Shown here piece by piece: positions 59,687 through 64,000 of a DNA stretch of 64,000 nucleotides. The first letter of the stretch is position 1. Each line of letters starts with the position of its first letter. The notes beneath the pieces were generated by a model. The model did not search any database and was not told the origin of the DNA. It was given only the letters and a program-made list of their open reading frames with translations. The position numbers and the translations under genes are program-made. The DNA comes from a virus (Duplodnaviria; Caudoviricetes), in IMG/VR virus record IMGVR_UViG_3300042009_000023, positions 1-64,000 of that record; one strand, given 5' to 3'.

Positions 59687-60196
59687 TTAGTTCTCCTTAA
59701 TGCCGCGCTTTGAAAGAGCACCCAATTGTGAATTCCTCCAGTGTGGTAGCCAGCGCATATTCGCTAGGTTATACCCTAAAGAAGAATCTTCGCGGTCTAC
59801 AGAAGGTGCAAGTCTCATATCATAATCTGATTCTTGGTACTCGTCAAACAAAGAATTGAAAGTCTCATCATTTATAGACCACTCGTAAAATTCTTCTTTA
59901 CTTAGAATATCAAGACCTTCGTATAAATGAGCTTTCTTACTTTGAACTCCCGTGACTCTTGATAGCATGTTACGATAAGAGCGCATTAGATAACCACCCT
60001 TAGTTTTCTCGTAACGCTTTGTACTAGAATCACCGTTCTTCTTCCTGTCTTCTCGCTGTTTGGCGTTACTACATTCCTTGCAGCGACCACCATAACCGTT
60101 CCTACTTTCGGTAGATTTAACAAATAAAGACAAATCTTTTTCAGTATTGCAGGTTTTACATAGTTTTAGCACCGATCCAATCCCCATTTTTATCAA
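59687..60196 (-). CDS. putative homing endonuclease (zinc finger plus HNH-like)
   Basis: CKTC...CKEC; PSVDRED...GY...NMRW. Confidence 0.65.
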   Translation of the reverse strand: MIKMGIGSVLKLCKTCNTEKDLSLFVKSTESRNGYGGRCKECSNAKQREDRKKNGDSSTKRYEKTKGGYLMRSYRNMLSRVTGVQSKKAHLYEGLDILSKEEFYEWSINDETFNSLFDEYQESDYDMRLAPSVDREDSSLGYNLANMRWLPHWRNSQLGALSKRGIKEN

Positions 60197-61049
60197 GAAT
60201 CATGGCTTCCAAGATTGGAACACCATCAATAATCAAACCAGTGCCAATGACAGGGCGCTGAATGTTTACATTGTTATAACTAAACGCCAAACTAGAATCA
60301 TCTACCAAGCAACCACATTGCATACCAAAGTACAAGCCCGTTGGGTTGCCCCAGTAATCTACTTTAAAAGTGTTGTGGTAATGTCCTTGGACACTATGCA
60401 TTCCCATTTGCTGACCAAGCTTTACAACATCACTTGACTTGCCGTGGTGAACATAACACTTCTGACCATTTGGCAAAGTAATAGTTAAATCAAAACTCCA
60501 TTTCCAACCATCATCAACACCAAGTACGTCGTTGTACGTTCTAATATAGTGTTTTGGGATACCGTTTGTTTTAGCTTTACGCCACACCAAAGAGCCGTGG
60601 TTAGATTCAATAATATCCATAACAGGGAACAACTCAAACACTTCTTTAATTACAGGAAGTGCCCGACGAATCTCATCCCCAGCGTTTGGTAGGTCTGGGT
60701 CGCTGTCATGGAAGCTCAAAGAGTGCTGGTCAAGTTCATCACCTAAACAGATTACTCGTGTTGGGTTGTACTTTGCTTTCAAGTGTTTAAGAAAAGGAAT
60801 CAAATCTTTATGGTGATATGGGATGTGCATATCAGAAATAAACAAGATTCGGGAGTTATCTTCAACACCATCAACTTTACGAACAACATGAGCATCTTTA
60901 CCTTCAACAGCACGATCATTATTAAAGTGTTTGCGAAGGTAATCCCCAACTGTCGAACGAGCAATACCAAGTTCTTTACTGACTGCACGCCAAGACAACC
61001 CACTTACAGCGAGACTGATTGCTTGTTGTTTCCATTCTACTTCACTCAA
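60156..61049 (-). CDS. metallophosphoesterase with an N-terminal HTH
   Basis: SWRAVSKELGIARSTV (HTH); ISDMHIP, LGDE.D, SNH, HHG, GHYH. Confidence 0.85.
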   Translation of the reverse strand: MSEVEWKQQAISLAVSGLSWRAVSKELGIARSTVGDYLRKHFNNDRAVEGKDAHVVRKVDGVEDNSRILFISDMHIPYHHKDLIPFLKHLKAKYNPTRVICLGDELDQHSLSFHDSDPDLPNAGDEIRRALPVIKEVFELFPVMDIIESNHGSLVWRKAKTNGIPKHYIRTYNDVLGVDDGWKWSFDLTITLPNGQKCYVHHGKSSDVVKLGQQMGMHSVQGHYHNTFKVDYWGNPTGLYFGMQCGCLVDDSSLAFSYNNVNIQRPVIGTGLIIDGVPILEAMILDKNGDWIGAKTM

Positions 61050-61479
61050 TGTATCTCTCCTTTCATTTTAAGTTTCTCTTTAAGCTCCAACACTAGCTCA
61101 TAAAGATCATTCGAAATATTTAACACAATATCCAATGTCTCTTGCTTCTGGTATATCGAATTCTTATGAAACTCATCACTAATGACTTTATTCCTCTCTT
61201 TCCAATATTCAAGTAAGAACTCTTTTGAAACTACTTCTGCGCTTATTGTGATTGGCTTATTCTTAAATAAATTAATTACATTCTCATTGGACATATCTAA
61301 CCCCTACTTTCATAGTAGCTTTGGAACATGGGAGCTATGATATTAATTCCTCCCATCACTACTGCTACCCAGAATAGGAAACCACTAGCGAGCATTGCTG
61401 CCAATATAGACCAAAGTACTGCAACTATTTCATAACCTATAGATTTAGTCATGACATCACCCCAATGCAGTTTAACCAT
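61046..61479 (-). CDS. two hypothetical proteins (61046-61294; 61297-61479 membrane)
   Basis: ORF track. Confidence 0.55.
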
Positions 61480-61883
61480 GTGAATAGGAATACATAGAAT
61501 TGTAAGAGTAGATTGTCGTATTCAATGTTTTGTGAGAGGTCGTAGAGGAACATATTCATTTAGGTTCAATCTCCCAATCTTCATAAGAAAGTTGTTTATC
61601 ACCGATTGCAGGTTCAGCTTCTTGTGGCTTCATAGCCAACTCAAGCAACTTATCTACTTTTGCGGATAGGATAGCAATCTGGATGGAAAGCTCAGTGTAA
61701 GCAACACTACCAATTTTAAGTTTCTTGTCGGTCATTTAATTACTCCCTACGCACATAATTTCAGGTTTAGGAATTCCAAGCTCTTCACAGAGACGTTCAA
61801 GTTCCAATTCGGCTTCAAAGAACTTCTTAACAATCTCTTGTGTTCGCCTCTTGTTCTCTTGCATTTGTATAACAGTAAGATCT

Positions 61884-62447
61884 TCAGGTTTGAAGTAGAA
61901 CACTATCATTCTTCATTTCCTCCTCAATTTGTGCCCGTCTAATTTTAGCATTACTACCGGGAACTATACCATGCAGTTCTAACCACTGTCTATCAGTCTT
62001 GGCTTTCATGATAGTAATAATTTCCTTATCAATTCGACTGTCTTCCATTGATAGCCCCTGTCTTTCAGAATGAGTCTTCACTTTGTGGCATGGCTTACAG
62101 CTCAACACCCACTCATCCCCAACACCACCACCACAATACCACAGAAAAGATTCCGCTGTCTCTTTTGATCTACATCCATCAGATGGTGTTTTGTGGTCAC
62201 ATTCTAGCTTACTCCCTGCAAACCATTGCTCACAATAAAAACATTGCCCAAGATTCTTTGTAGAGGGATGAAAGAGCTTACTAGCTTTCTCTTCTGGTGT
62301 GATTAATCGTAGTTGGTTAGCCTTCCATTGCTTACGTAGTGGATAATCTCCCCACAATCTACGAAGTGATCCACGCAGCCATTGCCAATACTGGGATTCA
62401 GTTTTCCATATCTTGAGCCCTTCTGGTGTTAGCCAAGGTTCTTTCAT
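61884..62447 (-). CDS. HNH endonuclease (probably a core replication/recombination nuclease)
   Basis: CFYC, ECDH, LSCKPCHKVKT. Confidence 0.75.
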   Translation of the reverse strand: MKEPWLTPEGLKIWKTESQYWQWLRGSLRRLWGDYPLRKQWKANQLRLITPEEKASKLFHPSTKNLGQCFYCEQWFAGSKLECDHKTPSDGCRSKETAESFLWYCGGGVGDEWVLSCKPCHKVKTHSERQGLSMEDSRIDKEIITIMKAKTDRQWLELHGIVPGSNAKIRRAQIEEEMKNDSVLLQT

Positions 62448-62612
62448 TCTTCAAACTTCAACTTAAGACGTTCGTACTCTTCATACTCATTCATTTGAAT
62501 TTGAAGCTTTGTACTTACATACCAATCGTTACCACGCAGCTTGTCCCAAATCTTTAAAGTATTTTCATCAGAGTTTTTAATCAGGACTTGCAGTGCATAA
62601 GCAAAATTACCG

Positions 62613-63611
62613 TCAATCATATTTTACTCCCATCTTATCCATCACGTCGTAAGCTGTGCAATTATCACCAACAAACCGCTTCATCCTAGCCATCAAAAAC
62701 ATTTCATTTAGAACATAGTGCCAACTGATGTTGATAGGCTCGTTTCTCCAGCCGATAACAGTCTTTTCCTCGGGATAAAGTAGTGTGAAAACCTCTTTAA
62801 GCTTACACCATACCTCTTGGTCAGTCTTACAATCTACAAGAGCTTTGTAGGCTGCTTTATCCCCCCACTTAGTATCAGAAAAACAATTAGCCTTGTAGTT
62901 ATCTGTCAAGTCATGACTGGCACATTGGAAGTAAAAGAACATTCTACCTTCCCCTCGGACTTTACCTTTATCATCTAAGAATAAATGTCCAAGCTTATTA
63001 CAATCTACAACACCACGTTCTTGCTGATTACGATCCCATACTTTTATACCACAGCCCCAAAAATCTTTGTCTTCAATAATTGCAAAGTTCTTTGGTTGTT
63101 TATAACAAGCCATTACCACGGCATCGTCGCACTCAATCTCTGTTACAACTTCTGCTTTAAACTTCTTTTTAAGATACTCTGTTACTTCTAGTAGTGCAAG
63201 AGGTTTAATCAGATGAGCACGATCTTTATATTGAAGAAGCGTACTCAACTCAACCCTAAAACTATCACCCTCCCCTAGATAAGCTTTAAAGTCTTTTGCA
63301 CCACTGAGTTTAAGGTCTTTCTCTACCATAACTTTTGCGGTATGTAGAACATGATCGATTGGTTCAGGACGTTGGATATCTGTGTATTCAAACTCATCCC
63401 ACATAAAAGGGCTAGTTCGTCCTTTATTGATTTCAGCTAAAGCTCCACCTTCTTTTTTACGCCAATCTCCGTACCATTCAGTACGCGTCTTATATTCTTT
63501 TTCGCGCTTGCTAGCTTTGTGTGTAACCAGAACTGAACGTGTTTCACCGGCTGCTGCTGCGTGGTATTTATAGAGGTCTAAATCTAGAACTCCTGTTGTT
63601 GGGGTTGTCAT
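62613..63611 (-). CDS. 5'-3' exonuclease (T7 gp6/PIN-like)
   Basis: LDLD..KY, FR, ECDD, EDKD, D..DNY. Confidence 0.8.
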   Translation of the reverse strand: MTTPTTGVLDLDLYKYHAAAAGETRSVLVTHKASKREKEYKTRTEWYGDWRKKEGGALAEINKGRTSPFMWDEFEYTDIQRPEPIDHVLHTAKVMVEKDLKLSGAKDFKAYLGEGDSFRVELSTLLQYKDRAHLIKPLALLEVTEYLKKKFKAEVVTEIECDDAVVMACYKQPKNFAIIEDKDFWGCGIKVWDRNQQERGVVDCNKLGHLFLDDKGKVRGEGRMFFYFQCASHDLTDNYKANCFSDTKWGDKAAYKALVDCKTDQEVWCKLKEVFTLLYPEEKTVIGWRNEPINISWHYVLNEMFLMARMKRFVGDNCTAYDVMDKMGVKYD

Positions 63612-63665
63612 CCTTACTCCTTACAAAGTAGTAAGGGGCATTGAAGCCCCTATTTGTTTCTTTAA

Positions 63666-63917
63666 TTACTTCGAATACAAATCCTGCAATTCTTGCAACT
63701 TATTATATTCATCAGCTTTGGCTTTCAAGTCATCTTGTTTAGCCTTGGCTTGTGCTGCCTTAATCAAACCTTTAACTTCAGTTTTGTCAAAGCCTTCGGT
63801 GTTATATTCTTTGTCGTAAGTAAATTCCCCAGCAAGCTCTTTCATGTCTTCCTTGTTGGTGATAGCTTCTTGTGCAAGTTGATATGCACGGTCGTACAGC
63901 GATTGACGTTCTTTCAT
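63666..63917 (-). CDS. small helical hypothetical protein
   Basis: 83 aa; AGGAGA RBS; hairpin at about 63634-63651 downstream. Confidence 0.6.
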   Translation of the reverse strand: MKERQSLYDRAYQLAQEAITNKEDMKELAGEFTYDKEYNTEGFDKTEVKGLIKAAQAKAKQDDLKAKADEYNKLQELQDLYSK

Positions 63918-64000
63918 GTATTTCTCCTTAAATAGTTTCTAGATTGTTATCTAATTGATAACGAATTTTAACAGCTTTACTATAAATTGCTTCAACAAGA

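Noticed and set aside
1-64000. CRISPR array, DGR or retron, integrase/lysogeny module, rRNA
   Set aside because: No regularly spaced repeats, no YADD/YxDD reverse transcriptase, no tyrosine or serine recombinase, and no rRNA-like sequence seen.

Overview
A 64-kb internal segment of a lytic, AT-rich myovirus (contractile-tailed dsDNA phage). Gene order resembles Pakpunavirus/Otagovirus-like Pseudomonas phages. The Pseudomonas host is inferred from a PhaZ homologue, a PL7 alginate lyase and the tail-fibre types. The window has three blocks. (1) 1-17.5 kb, minus strand: small early/middle genes, including PHA depolymerase, Pth2-like, SpoT-type HD hydrolase, dCMP deaminase, C5-methyltransferase, ClpP-like, PhoH, PL7 lyase and several very acidic microproteins. 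(2) 17.7-51.5 kb, plus strand: a PolA/T7-RNAP-superfamily-like orphan, one tRNA-Thr, two structured non-coding regions, terminase, head, tail, baseplate, three receptor-binding proteins and a SAR-endolysin/holin/spanin cassette. (3) 51.7-64 kb, minus strand: SF2-like ATPase, NrdAB, ThyX, nucleotide-processing enzymes and nucleases. About five homing-endonuclease-like genes are scattered through the window. No integrase, CRISPR array, rRNA, reverse transcriptase, intron or intein was seen. The strongest leads are: a candidate RNA with three CUCUCCU (anti-Shine-Dalgarno) hairpin loops matching the AGGAGA RBS of early genes; phage-borne enzymes against host carbon polymers (PHA, alginate); and a polymerase-like orphan and a helicase-like orphan that bracket the late block, each next to a copy of an 18-bp motif. 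All family assignments come from motif recognition by eye, not from database searches.
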